64,000 nucleotides of DNA from Eledone cirrhosa. Its lineage: Eukaryota. The translations under genes and the position numbers were made by a program. The notes under the pieces were generated by a model. The model worked only from the letters and a program-made list of their open reading frames with translations. It was not told the DNA's origin and did no database searches. The stretch lies in assembly GCA_964016885.1 (NCBI GenBank), contig OZ024741.1, forward strand, positions 100,254,001-100,318,000. Reading direction: 5' to 3'. This document shows, piece after piece, positions 13,261 to 25,548 of this stretch. Within the stretch, counting starts at the first letter, position 1. Every line of letters starts with the position of its first letter.

Positions 13261-13749
13261 AACTAGTTTATTGATGTGACGTTTGTCACTCATTCAGATA
13301 TATGTCGTTAATAAATATTTCTTTAAAAAAAATAGTCATTTTACTGAAAAAGATGAACCGGCACAGCACCTCCTGCTGTGTAAAATATATGCGGCAGTCA
13401 ACATGTTAAGGGAAGTCCTAGGCAAAATTGAGCAATGGTAAAACGGAAAAAAGAGGTATAAAATACGGAAAAATGAACTCTTTACTGTAAATAACACAGA
13501 TAATTTTAGCGAAAAGCCTGCAGATAAGAAGATATAGAAAATAGGTTATACCACAATAATCGAATACAATTCTTCCACAATTTTAAAAGAGGAAATGAGA
13601 AGAATGTTGTTCTTAATGCTAGCCAGGCATATCATTTATGGAATGGGATATGCGGAAATACTGTGATGCATGGAAGGGATACCCAGTGGATAGGATCCAT
13701 CAAGACAGAGATCCGAGGAAGAAATAATCAGAGAGACATTACTATAGCA

Positions 13750-14200
13750 CAGTAGATGTGAAGGATCAAGTGGCCAAGGGATCAAACAGTAAAGATCCTG
13801 GTTCAGATGGGATCCAGGGCTTTTGTTATATGCCACTACACACAAACAGGGATATCATAGTCAAAACCACAAAAACAAAAATGTCTCCAAATTTATGTAT
13901 CTCCACAGATGAAAATACAACTACCAAGAAATGGGGAAGGCATACATATATAACAATTTAGAGATAGATATAACCTGAATGTGAATGATGAAAACAGAAA
14001 TACGTCTAATGATATCTGATCTGAAAATTATAAAAAGAATACGCAACCATATACATAACCAAATGCCCCAGACTTTCAATTATATGCAGCTTAGAGAATA
14101 CAGCACTACTAGTCACTGTGCACATATTACGACGAACACTACAAAAAATAAAACACTCTACACATACCGAAGACCCACAGAGTTTTACTCGATAATGCCG
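13750..14200 (+). pseudogene. Possible very old RLE-type LINE RT fragment
   Basis: KDPGSDGIQGF resembles KAPGPDGIQGFW (RT domain 0). The remainder is only weakly similar. Confidence 0.25.
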
Positions 14201-14233
14201 TGGTGACACGCAATAAAATTAAGACTAATAATA

Positions 14234-14269
<36 letters not shown>

Positions 14270-14470
14270 GTGGTGATGACGATGATGACGATATACAAAT
14301 TACTGTAATAATAATAAAAAAACAAGTGCATCACTGATAATTTTAAGAAAAATCTTAAGAAGGCAACAGAAGAATAGATTAAGGTGATAGCGACAATGAA
14401 GATGTGACAGAAAATTGATGGAAAATAGAGAAAGAAGCAGAAGAATATTTGCAATAGCAACAGCAGCGAC

Positions 14471-14471
<1 letters not shown>

Positions 14472-14538
<67 letters not shown>

Positions 14539-14552
14539 CAGCAGTAGTAGTA
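14472..14552. repeat. (TAG)n microsatellite
   Basis: Direct reading. Confidence 0.95.
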
Positions 14553-14685
14553 GTCAACGCTGACAAGAAATTGTAATTATTAAAAATGGCCTGTTTCCTG
14601 CGACGTATAAGACGCGTAGTTTGAAATGTTTGAAATCTTCAAAAACGCAGACATGAGCATCCTGAATTTTTTTCTATCAAATTGT

Positions 14686-14797
14686 ACACAGCCACACTAC
14701 AGCACGTCCTACACAGCCACACTACAGCACGTCCTACACATCCACACTACAGCACGTCCTACACATCCACACTACAGCACGTCCTACACAGCCACAC
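14686..14797. repeat. About 24-25-bp minisatellite, about 4.5 copies (CCACACTACAGCACGTCCTACACA-)
   Basis: Direct reading. Confidence 0.9.
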
Positions 14798-15547
14798 AAA
14801 AGAACATGCACATCGTTTTCAGTTATTCCTTTATGTGTGTGCTTGTGCTTGTGTGCGCATGTATGTTTGTTTATGTGTATGTGAGTGTGTTTGTGTCTAA
14901 ATTTGACAGAAGCGTTGTCACGCAAACTTATTCAGCTGCTCCTTGTTTCATCGCAAATATGACAGCGACTGATTTTACAGATTTCCGGTTTGTCAATAAC
15001 TAAATTCAAATCGGCGAGCCTAGTAATCAAATTATAAATTGAATTAATACTATGATGCCATTTTCGAAACCAAATTAAATTTAATGGCGGTCATCTTCTT
15101 CCGAGGTTGGTTATTTTTCAATTCAAATAATTTGCTGTTTGTTTCTTGATTTAAAAAAAAAATTAAATGCTTGCATATATGCATGTATGTATGTATGTAT
15201 GTATGTATGTATGTATGTATGTATGTATGTATGTATGTATGTATGTATGTATGTATGTATGTTTGATTGTATGCATGTTTAATAATAATAATAATAAATC
15301 TGTAAGAATATCCTCCTAGTACGTATATGTGGATGTGTGTATGTGTGTGCGTGCATGGATATATTTTATTTATATATATGCATATGTATGTGTATATATC
15401 TGTGTGGATGTATATATGTGTGTATGCATGTGTATGTTTGTGAGAGTGTATGTGTATGTGTGTGTGTATATATATATATGTGTGTGCGTATGTGTGTATG
15501 TATATATATGTATGTTTGTGTGTATGTATATTATGTATATACGTATG

Positions 15548-15610
<63 letters not shown>

Positions 15611-15739
15611 GGAAGCAGGAAATTGTTTATTGTGATCCAGTTCGTGGTTAAGAAAGCCAGTTTCATGGATGGTTTCAACGTACGGTTAGGGGTAACTCCA
15701 CAAGTTCGTAAGAATTCCGTACAAACTTGGAGTATAAAG

Positions 15740-16042
15740 TATAAAAGAGAAAACACAGGTAAGCATTAAGAGAATGATTTTATCCAGGTATTTACGACCG
15801 TTTCATTGGTAAGTGCAACCTTATATTGCTATACTGCAAATAGCAGCCACTCAATTATAATGTTGTTCACGTCCAAATTTTCAAAATTTCACTATTTTGA
15901 AAATTTGGACGTGAACAACAATTATAATTGAGTGGCTGCTATTTGCAATATAGCAATATAAGGTTGTACTTACCAATGAAACGGTCGTAAATACCTGGAT
16001 AAAATCCTTCTCTTAATGCTTACCTGTGTTTTCTCTTTTATA
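15740..16042. repeat. Near-perfect fold-back, about 148-bp arms, carrying the 3' half of an HHR (GAAACGGTCGTA)
   Basis: 15740-15887 is the reverse complement of about 15895-16042. The right end runs into (TA)n. Confidence 0.9.
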
Positions 16043-16246
16043 TATATATATATATTTAGGTTTGTTGGTTCACCACTGGATAGAACTGGTCATTCTGTAT
16101 GGTCAATCTCGATGTAATATTATGGATAGCACTCAACGTAATGCAACTCACCCGTCTTTGTTTGTGTAGTTGGTGGTGCGAGTACGGAGTTAATTATTAT
16201 AAAATAACAGGAGGATGGACTGGCGTAAATCCTTGAAAGGTTTATT

Positions 16247-16304
16247 ATACTATGATCATTTCAATGACTCGGTTCATTATGAATCCGGTGATATCATCAG
16301 GTAT
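16247..16304 (-). ncRNA. Type I hammerhead ribozyme
   Basis: Mirror copy of 16517-16574. Confidence 0.7.
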
Positions 16305-16516
16305 TCAAAATAAAAGAAAGGTATATAACAGATAAAATCCATGGGGCTGAAAATCAGAGACAAGAGGACGACCGACTATTTAGCAGCTTCTACCTCAGTT
16401 GGCCACCCTCGAGTGCGGCCAACTGAGGTAGAAGCTGCTAAATAGTCGGTCGTCCACTTGTCTGTGATTTTCAGCCCCATGGATTTGATCTGTTATATAC
16501 CTTTCTTATATTTTGA

Positions 16517-16574
16517 ATACCTGATGATGTCACCGGATTCATAATGAACCGGGTCATTGAAATGATCATAGTAT
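16517..16574 (+). ncRNA. Type I hammerhead ribozyme (palindromic stem III ATGATCAT)
   Basis: atac-CTGATGA-(ccgg..ttcat a atgaa ccgg stem II)-GAAA tgatca TA-gtat, followed immediately by AATAAA. Confidence 0.75.
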
Positions 16575-16626
16575 AATAAACCTTTCAAGGATTTACGCCA
16601 GTCCAGCCTCCTATTATTGTATAAAA

Positions 16627-17525
16627 TACTAGCAGTGGTACCCGGCGTTGCACGGGATAAAGTATTTTGGAACGCGGGCTGCCAACAGACCTAATCGTGG
16701 AAAAACTGCATGCGTAGACAATATGTAACGAAAATAAACCGAATACTCTGATGGCTGGATTATCTTTAAGATTTTCCTTGATGAAGAAGGAAATATGAAT
16801 TTTTTTTAATGTGCATAATATGCCTTGAAATTTCGGGAAAATCGGGTAGACGTAACGCCTCCAAAAAGCCCCCAAAAGCTGAAAAAATGAAGTTTTTCAC
16901 CTAATGCGGGCCCTAGACCATAAAAAAAGTTGGATTGCTCACGGTATAAAGAAGAGACTGACTAATACATATTTACAATCTCAAGGAAATCAGTCTGACG
17001 TAACGACTAAAAAAAACCCTAAAAACCCGAAAAAAAGCAGATTTCAACTAATGCGGGCCCTAAGGGATCAAAGGGTTGAATTTGTGTATGTGCATAACAC
17101 TCCATGAAACATAAGTAATATACATGTAAAGTTTGAAAAAATTCGGTTGGGTACTTCTCAAGTTTTAGGGATTCAAACTCACAGACACACACACACACAC
17201 AGACAGACATCCTCAGGAAAGTGACGTAATGCAGACATACAGACATACAGACATATATTATAAGGGCGCAACGTTATATGTATGTATCTAACTAAAAAGA
17301 GAAAGACTAAAAATTATAGAGAGATATCGTTAAATCGCCTAATGCTGTCCCTAGGGCATTGGAAATTTGAAATTGTTTTTGCTCAGAACACTCCCTGAAA
17401 CATAAGTATTATATGTGTAAAGTTTGAAAACAGTCGTTAGGGTGGTTCTCGAGTTTTAGGGATTCAAACTCACACACACACACACACACATACATCCTCA
17501 GTTTTATATATATAGAAGACTAGCA
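16627..17525 (+). mobile_element. Helentron/DINE-like non-autonomous element
   Basis: Starts TACTAGC...ACCCGGCGTTGCACGGG, has internal (CAGA)n/(CA)n, and ends ttttatatatatagaagacTAG. This is the architecture of Helentron-associated interspersed elements. Confidence 0.55.
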
Positions 17526-17555
17526 GAAAACCACCCACCGGGTGTTTTCTGCTAG

Positions 17556-17770
17556 TATATATATATATTACACACACAGAAATGTATATATATTTCTGTG
17601 TGTATATATATATATATTACACACACAGAAATGTATATATATTTCTGTGTGTATATATATATATATTACACACACAGAAATGTATATATATTTCTGTGTG
17701 TATATATATATATTTCTGTGTGTGTATATATATATATATTACACACACACAGAAATGTATATATGTTTCT
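17556..17770. repeat. Tandem palindromic minisatellite (ACACAGAAAT..ATTTCTGTGT with TA spacers)
   Basis: Direct reading, about 4-5 units of about 40-42 bp. Confidence 0.8.
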
Positions 17771-18070
17771 GTAGCACTTCTTAATTCCCCCCTCGCTCCC
17801 TTCCGCTATCCCCCTCTTGTAGTCTGTCTCTTTCTTTCACTCTCACTCTCTATCTACGCGTGCGCAAAAAACATTCGCACGCGCGCACGTGTTTTAGCGT
17901 CTATTAACTCTCTCTCTCTCCCTCTCTCCCTCCCGCTATCCCCTCTCGTAGTATTCTCTTTCTTTCAATCTCACTCTTTCTCTACGGGTGCGCAAAAAAC
18001 ATTCGCACGCGCGCACGTGTTTCCACTGTCGGACAGACAGACAGAGAAATTGCTGGTTATATATTATAAG
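17765..18070 (+). mobile_element. Short non-autonomous element; related copy at 18905-19065
   Basis: Shared gtttctgtagcac...cccgctatcccc...ccactgtcggacagacagacagagaaattgctggttatata in both places. Confidence 0.6.
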
Positions 18071-19061
18071 GAGATTACATATACATATGTAACTATGTAT
18101 ATCATCATCATCATCCCCATTATATATATATATAATATGGGCCGAAGCCGAAAAAAATTTTGTTTGGCAGCTCTAATTGCGCCTTAATTTTATTCAAAAT
18201 ATTGTATACTAACATATTCGAATACCAGGCACTATTGGAATCAACAATAGCAGCGTCCTGAGGGTCATTACAAAACACAAATTCGCGAGAATTAGTGTTT
18301 AAGGCTTGGAAGGTGGTAAAAAAATCCACAAAATCTTCCATTCTTTTAAAAAAAAATTTAGTTTTAATAATATTTAAATAACTGGCGGTTAGAAAAAAAT
18401 ATTCCTATGAAATTTTAATCATACCATTAGGTGTGAATAAGGAAATATTTTTTATTGTCAAAACAATTGTTCAAAAGTTAAACTTCAATTTTTTGAATTA
18501 TTTCCAATCTTTTCATGAAATTGAACACTGAACATTGGCTGCTGGAAATGGAAATTAAATCGTATTTAATTGTATTTAAATTTCTAACCTTATTTTATTA
18601 TTTATATTTTTTCAATAAGAAATAAAAAAAAACAAAAAAAAAAATTGAAGAAAAAAATTGAACAAATCAAACGTAGGTTATGGAACTGCGCAATCTGATT
18701 AATAAATTACCTCATCAGCAGCAACATTCTTCAAATGGTCCTTATTATCAGCAGCAACAACCACAAATTCAATGGAAACCTTCTTCGCATGGTGTCAAGT
18801 CAGAACCGCCTCGAACTGGTTATTTCTGGCTTGTGCAAGGTGTCTCTATAGCAACCAGCGATTCCCCCGGCCTCAGTGACCAAAGTCAGTGGAGAGGGGA
18901 AGGTAATGTTTCTGTAGCACGTGTTGTAGCGTCTATTCACTCTCTCTCTCCCTCTCTCCCTCCCGCTATCCCCCTCTCGTAGTCTGTCTCTTTCTTTCAC
19001 TCTCACCCTCTCTCTACGCACGTGTTTCCACTGTCGGACAGACAGACAGAGAAATTGCTGG

Positions 19062-19181
<120 letters not shown>

Positions 19182-19182
19182 C

Positions 19183-19477
19183 TTAAAATAACAGATTAAA
19201 GTTTAAGCAAAGAATCGCGGATATTTTACGTCGTGAAGTGGTAGTATATGTTATGTTAATACCACTACTTATTCGTATAGTTAAGTATATATTACCTGTA
19301 TGTTTTGTGAAGGGAACGTTTTCACGAACCAAAGTATTGTCTTCCTGTATTCTTTAGGTTGCAACGTTTTTTTAAATATTTACTTCTGCGTTCACATATT
19401 GACTATTTTAGTTTCAGAAGATCCCGTTAAGGGTGAAAGCAGCGATTCTTTGTTTAAACTTTAATCTGTTATTTTAA

Positions 19478-19478
<1 letters not shown>
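19183..19478 (+). mobile_element. Miniature Naiad-derived element: short inverted arm + deleted 3' UTR + HHR, within (TA)n
   Basis: 19183-19217 is the reverse complement of 19443-19477. The interior matches 40760-40860 (reverse complement) and 41800-41960. Confidence 0.75.
19410..19460 (+). ncRNA. HHR-like motif with CAGAAGA core
   Basis: agttt-CAGAAGA-tccc gttaa gggt-GAAA gca..tgt TT-aaact. Confidence 0.55.
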
Positions 19479-19574
<96 letters not shown>

Positions 19575-19734
19575 TTTACGCATCGAGAAAGAGAAAAAAA
19601 GGAAGGATAGGTGATACATGCAGTTATTTGCCAAATAGCGTATGGTATGCACAAGCTGCTCAAAACTAGCGCCGGCAGTATTAAATATTAGAAGTGTTAA
19701 TATTTAGTGGGCGAGAGAGTTAGCAGAGCGTAAG

Positions 19735-19963
19735 CACGTGGAAAAGTAAGAAATCGGAGAACAGACCGTTAATACATGTTTATTTAAAACAGCACCTACG
19801 TACGTTTCACCCAGTTGGGCTTCTCAAGGGCATAAATAACCAAAAGTGTTCCTTACATTGCTCGGAAATGGTTTGGGGGGGTTAAGTTCACTTTTGGTTA
19901 ATTATGCCCTTGAAAAGCCCAACATGTATTAACGGTCTGTTCTCCGATTTCTTACTTTTCCAC

Positions 19964-19966
<3 letters not shown>
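19735..19966. repeat. Fold-back element with a U3-A8 variant HHR on the minus strand (19792-19833)
   Basis: acgtggaaaagtaag...catgtt / aacatg...cttacttttccacgt arms. Minus strand reads TTGAGAA gccc aact gggt GAAAC gtac GTA. Confidence 0.8.
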
Positions 19967-20020
<54 letters not shown>

Positions 20021-20214
20021 TGTTTGTGTGTGTGGGGGGTGGGGGTGCTATTTTTATTGATTTATTTTTTAAAAAGCTGTAACCCATAATCAATGTGGTG
20101 TGTTAACTGGCTTACCAATGTATACAGAGAGTATATTTGCCCTACGTATCAGGAGGACATTCGGCATACATCAGAAACAATACTGAAGGTAAAGGATAAG
20201 CAATGATAATAATA

Positions 20215-20690
20215 ATTGTTTCTACTTTTGGCACAAGGTCAGCAAATACCCAATACATTACTGGTACTTTATTTTATCGATCTCGCAAGGATGGAAGGCA
20301 AAGTTAACCTCGGCGGGATTTGAAGTGAGACTATAAAGGGCCGTAAGTCTATGCTGCAAAGCATGGCGTCCGACCTTCTACCGATACTGCCAATCCCCCG
20401 CAAATATACAATGATAATAATTGTTTCTACTTTTGGCACAAGGCCAGCAAATTACCCAGTGCATTACTGTTACTTTATTTTATCGACCCCGAAAGGATGA
20501 AAGGCAAAGTTAACCTCGGCGGGATTTGAACTCAGACCGTAAAGGGACGTAAATATGCTGGAAAGCATGGCCTCCGACTCTCTACCGATACTGCCAATCC
20601 TCCATCTTTGATAATAATAATTGTTTCTAATTTTGGTACAAGGCCAGCAATTACCCAGTGCATTACTGGTACTTTATTTTCTGGTACTTT
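20215..20690 (-). mobile_element. Cluster of three tRNA-derived SINE copies (two near-full, one 3' fragment)
   Basis: ttgtttctacttttggcacaaggccagc...gaaaggcaaagttaacctcggcgggatttgaac...ctaccgatactgccaatcc repeated. Confidence 0.9.
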
Positions 20691-20929
20691 ATCTTCTTCT
20701 TCTTCTTCTTCTTCTTCTTCTTCTTCTTCTTCTTCTTCTTCTTCTTCTTCTTCTCCACCTCCTCCTTTTTGCTGCTGTTGCTATTATTGTACATTTATTG
20801 TGTTTTTATAACGCTTTTTCTGATTTCCGCCCTATATTCTACCACCTTATACACATCCTTCATATATTCGTTTTATTTACACAAAGACGCTTGTGATTAT
20901 CTGCCTGTTAATGTATATTTGTAAATATT

Positions 20930-21007
20930 CTAGAGTTTGGTTATTTGAATCACGTATTAGTGTGTCTACATGATATCGTCTGTTGGAAGGCGTGTCTGAG
21001 TTCATAT

Positions 21008-21069
<62 letters not shown>

Positions 21070-21125
21070 AAAAAGAGATGAAATCGAAAATGCAACTGGA
21101 GTCTTATTTTTTTTTTAAATATATA

Positions 21126-21189
<64 letters not shown>

Positions 21190-21395
21190 AAAATTTATGA
21201 CCACGATGGCAGAGCTCAAGCCGTTTCAACGGCTATTTCTGTAGTCCAGAAATAGCCGTCGAAACGGCTTGAGCTCTGCCGTCGTGGTCATACATTTTCC
21301 TATATATATATATATATACATGAACTCAGACGCACCTTCCGACAGACGATGTCATGAAGACACAATAATACGCGATTCAAATACCCAAACTCTGA
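20930..21395. repeat. Diverged inverted pair (20930-21010 vs 21318-21395) enclosing later insertions
   Basis: agagtttggttatttgaatc...ctgagttcat versus atgaactcag...gattcaaatacccaaactct. Confidence 0.7.
21186..21303. repeat. About 55-bp-arm hairpin in (TA)n containing the HHR 3' half (GAAAC GGC..GCC GTC)
   Basis: Near-perfect inverted repeat. The same motif occurs at 21795-21840 (minus) and 34051-34092 (plus). Confidence 0.85.
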
Positions 21396-21519
21396 CGTCG
21401 GGGTCATACATTTTCCTATTACCCACTCTAGTACACTAAGTATTGAGTACTCTGGTGCGTTATGGTCTATCTGGTTCCTTACCACAACTCCTTCGTTATA
21501 TATATATATACATACATAT

Positions 21520-21700
21520 AATTGTTTCTACATTTGGCACACGGCGAGCAATTACCCAGTACGTTACTGATACGTTATTTTATCGACTCCGTAAGGATGA
21601 ATGGCAAAGTTAACCTCGGCAGGATTTGAGCTCAGATCGTAAGGGGACGTAACTATGCTGGAAAGCATGTCCGACCCTCTACCGATACTGCCAATTCACC
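21520..21700 (-). mobile_element. tRNA-derived SINE
   Basis: Matches family consensus. Confidence 0.9.
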
Positions 21701-22089
21701 AATGACGGAAGTGTGGTAAGGAACCAGGTGGACCTTTACGCACCATAGTACTCGATAGTTTGTGTAGTAGAATGGTGAATAGGAAAAGGTTCTGGACCTC
21801 GACGGCAGAGCTCAAGCCGTTTCGACGGATATTTCTGGACTAAAGTCAATTTTTAGCGTGGTAATGAAATAGCCGAGATTTTCAATTCAATTCCGATGGT
21901 CTGCCTCAGGGTAAGCGATAGAGGCAGCCTATCGGGCTTTTGTAGCCTTAGTACCCCCACCCCCGTGAATTCTATATAACATTGGCTGAAAACGCAACAC
22001 CAGCTAAACATGTAGCAGCTGTATTAGACTCTATAATTTTTTATTTGATAATTTTCAGATTCCTGTATAATTATATTTTCGCTAGCCTT

Positions 22090-22280
22090 ATAGTTAGCCT
22101 ATTTCATCCACACTCCTTAGAATTTGCTGCATAGAATTTACTTTTAACGCTTCACCGGCTTCACCCACTCCATCATTGTTCTGCGGGCAAGTTGAGAATA
22201 TAGAAATGGCTTCTGCAGGACAGATCTGTTTCATTCGAAAGAAATCATTACATATGTATATGTGACTTTTACGTATACAG
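22090..22280 (-). pseudogene. Possible decayed Tc1/mariner transposase fragment
   Basis: FFSNETDLSCRSHF is weakly like FSDEA.F...G.VN. Very degenerate. Confidence 0.2.
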
Positions 22281-23705
22281 CACATTTGACAAAATATGAG
22301 TATATATCGGAGTTTCTATGTTTGTGCTGCAGATATTTCAGTGTGCAAAAGAGCAGGTGCATTTTCTGTGTTCTTGTGCATATACGAATGTGGGATTGAA
22401 TGCATCCGCAAATCTGCCAACAGATGGTGTTTCTTATTATTTTACGTGTGTATGTGTGTGTATGTACGTGTGCTTAAATGCATCGGTGTGTGTTTCTATG
22501 AGTGGCTGTTGTAATGCTGTAGTGTATTTAATTGTGCGTGTTGATATATAAGTGTGTGATGTAGTGGTACAGCGTCTTTCACTGTGCTGTGTGATTATAG
22601 ATGCGACGATTGTGAATTTTAGTACTTCGTGTTTGAGCGTGCATATCATTTTAGTGATAGCAACTTAGTACTCACGTGTACATACAAGTGTGGATGTGTA
22701 TTTATTTTAAAATCGGTACATATATTCATTTGTGTGTGTATGTGTATTTCTATATGAACACTGGTGTGTATGTGCATGAAAGATTAGATTCAACTCAAGT
22801 TCGTAGTTTATGCGTAAGTCAGGAATGATAAATTAGCAACAAAAAAATGTGAAGCGAAACATATGATGATTTAAACCAACAATATTTTCGACAGCAAATA
22901 ATAAATAATATCCAAATAATTAAATAAATAATAATAATAATTATTATTATTATTAAGATGTTATTGATAATGATAATAATAATAGGAAAGAAAGATTGGC
23001 CCGTACGCAATGTACTTAATTTTCCCCTCATTGTCGATTTTAAATCCAATTAAATTAAAAACTACATTTTAATTAGTATTTTAGTTTCGAAATTAATGAA
23101 ACTCTGGTGATAGCCGCTGAAACAATAATTATTATCATTGATAATAATCTTAATGTTTTTGTATTTCTTTAAAGAACAAATGAAAACAGGATCTATAAAT
23201 AGCAACACCCAGCAGATATATTTGCATTCTAGGAACAAAGAGAACATTTAGGTAAGGAAATAAAATTGAATTTTAGATGACAAAGAAATCAAAGTGTCGG
23301 GGTCAGTTTTTTAAATTGTCTGTATATACATATACTTTTAAGACTAAGGATGTGTTATATTAATGAAATTAATGTAATGTGATTTTTGTGGCCGAGGTAG
23401 ATTTATAGTGTCTTATGAAGAGAACTCCAAATGTCATCCCGAATACGATACAAGACGACGGATGTAGTGTATTTACATGTACAGATTTCATTATATTTAC
23501 TTTTTATGTTATGATGTAAAGCAAATATGAACTGTGGTAGCGGTTCCAGATCTATTTACTAGTGTATTTTTTTTAAGAATCTGTAATTGGAATTTGTTCG
23601 ATAAATGTACGATTTGCATATACGTATTAACTATTCATTCAATTGTCCCCGAAATAAATAATTGTCCCCTACAAATAGTCGCACACAGACACGGACCCAG
23701 TCACG

Positions 23706-23753
<48 letters not shown>

Positions 23754-23757
23754 AGTC

Positions 23758-23792
<35 letters not shown>

Positions 23793-23864
23793 ATATATAT
23801 TATTAGAAAGTTAGTTTTTTTTTACAAAATGAAATATAACCGAGGTATCCTACACGAGTGAAAG

Positions 23865-24530
23865 TATAAAGAAAAAAAGATGAAATCGAAAATGCAACTG
23901 CAGTCTTATTTAAAAAAATATATATATATATTTATTTGGTTCCTTTACCGGTTTTGCAGTTCTTCTGCTTTTCAAAAGTAGAGTTGAGATGGAGAGTCTG
24001 TGGTTTTTCTCACATCTGGTTGGTCTTTCAATGTTACTTGTTTTATATGTAAAAAGTGGTTCGAAAAGCCAGGTTTTTAGAGAAGTAATTTGATTGGTTG
24101 GTCAATAATTATAATAAATTTCGCGACAGTTCGCGTTACACAGTTCTTCAAACAAAGGGGGGGGGAGCTCAGGTTGTTTTTTCATATATGAGTGTTTGAA
24201 TTTCTTTTTAATTTAAAAAAAGGGGGCTCACGAAGGCTTTTTTTTAATAAACGTAATTTGATTGGTTATAAATTAAATTATGCTTCTCACGTGAACATGT
24301 TTTCATTAAATTTTCGCGCCCTTATTTGGAAATATATTCTGTAGCCGTTTAGGAAAATTTTATGACAAGCAAAAGTTAATGGTCAAGAGAAATAGGATGG
24401 GAGAATTGTTCTGGTTCAGTGAATATTGTTAGTTCGCTGGGGTGTCAGAATTCGGATTTTCTATTGAAATAAGGAAAGTAAAGATATGCATGTTTATATG
24501 TGTGCTTGTGTGTGTGTGTTTGAATTTCTT
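23865..24530 (-). mobile_element. PLE pLTR-like element with a U3-A8 HHR remnant (23943-23979) and CCAAT/E2F-like motifs
   Basis: Shares its end (aaagatgaaatcgaaaatgcaact) with 21065, 24560 and 39262. Minus strand reads ctt TTGAAAA gcag aagaa ctgc aAAAC cg GTA aag. Confidence 0.65.
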
Positions 24531-24598
24531 TTTACTTAAAAAAAAATATATATATAAAGATAAAAAGATGAAATCGAAATTGCAACTGGAGTCTTATT

Positions 24599-24668
<70 letters not shown>

Positions 24669-24716
24669 AATATAAATATATATACATATATATACATATA
24701 TAAATATATATAAAAA

Positions 24717-24799
<83 letters not shown>

Positions 24800-25513
24800 A
24801 TACATTAACAGAGAAAGCTTTAAGTAATACTCTGACCGGCTTCCATCTCACTCAACAAACATTAGGATATACTTCAGTATAATCCCAATTTTACGTTTGG
24901 GGTGCTAACTATATGTATTTTGCGGATAGCCAGTTGTAAATTTTATATGAGACATAATTAAAATACATCTCCCTTTCCAAACAATTGTTTCATTATAAGT
25001 TTTCTACAAGTTGGGAAAATGTGTCCAGGTTATGTAGAAGCCTACACATAGTCCGTAGGAATATATGCAGGTGGGCACTTATAAATCATCAGTGGATGCC
25101 CGTCAAACATCAATATAAAAACAATTTTGTTACCGATATCCAATGATCAGCGATGGTGCCCTTCCGTGTCAGAATGACCGACAAATTCGAAATTACAGCA
25201 GTCTCAGAATGAGAAATTTCACACTGTCATCAAGTGGAAAGGGGAGGTCATCGCAAAACATAAGAAAATAAAATAATATGCACGCGGGTCAATTAATTAT
25301 TTCAATAAATTTAACCTTGCGTGTGAAGAACTCAATTAGATTTTTAAAAAATAAATATATGCATGTATTATTTATACACGCATATCGGTATTTTTTTAGG
25401 CTAAAAACAGAGATAAGATACCAGAATAACAATCAATATTTCATACAAATAATAAATACGGAAAGTTACACTTAAAAGGTATCTGGAAATAATCATCTCT
25501 GGCCAAATCAAGA

Positions 25514-25544
<31 letters not shown>

Positions 25545-25548
<4 letters not shown>

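Larger units (their letters stand above)
16203..16618. repeat. Near-perfect fold-back, about 200-bp arms, with an HHR on each strand
   Basis: Centre is gttggcc-accctcgagtgc-ggccaac near 16410; the arms differ at only a few positions. Confidence 0.92.

Noticed and set aside
14686-14797. Relationship of this minisatellite to the 46-bp satellite
   Set aside because: Only a short ACACTACA word is shared; unit length and the remaining sequence differ.
16203-16618. A-to-G editing signature between palindrome arms
   Set aside because: The few arm differences are of mixed types, so no bias can be supported.
18680-18830. Q-rich coding exon (MELRNLINKLPHQQQ...)
   Set aside because: No recognisable domain and no clear splice pair. 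It lies among transposon debris.
24826-24880. Hammerhead on minus strand (CTGAAGT...GAAGCCGGTC)
   Set aside because: Two core mismatches and weak stems. At most a dead remnant.
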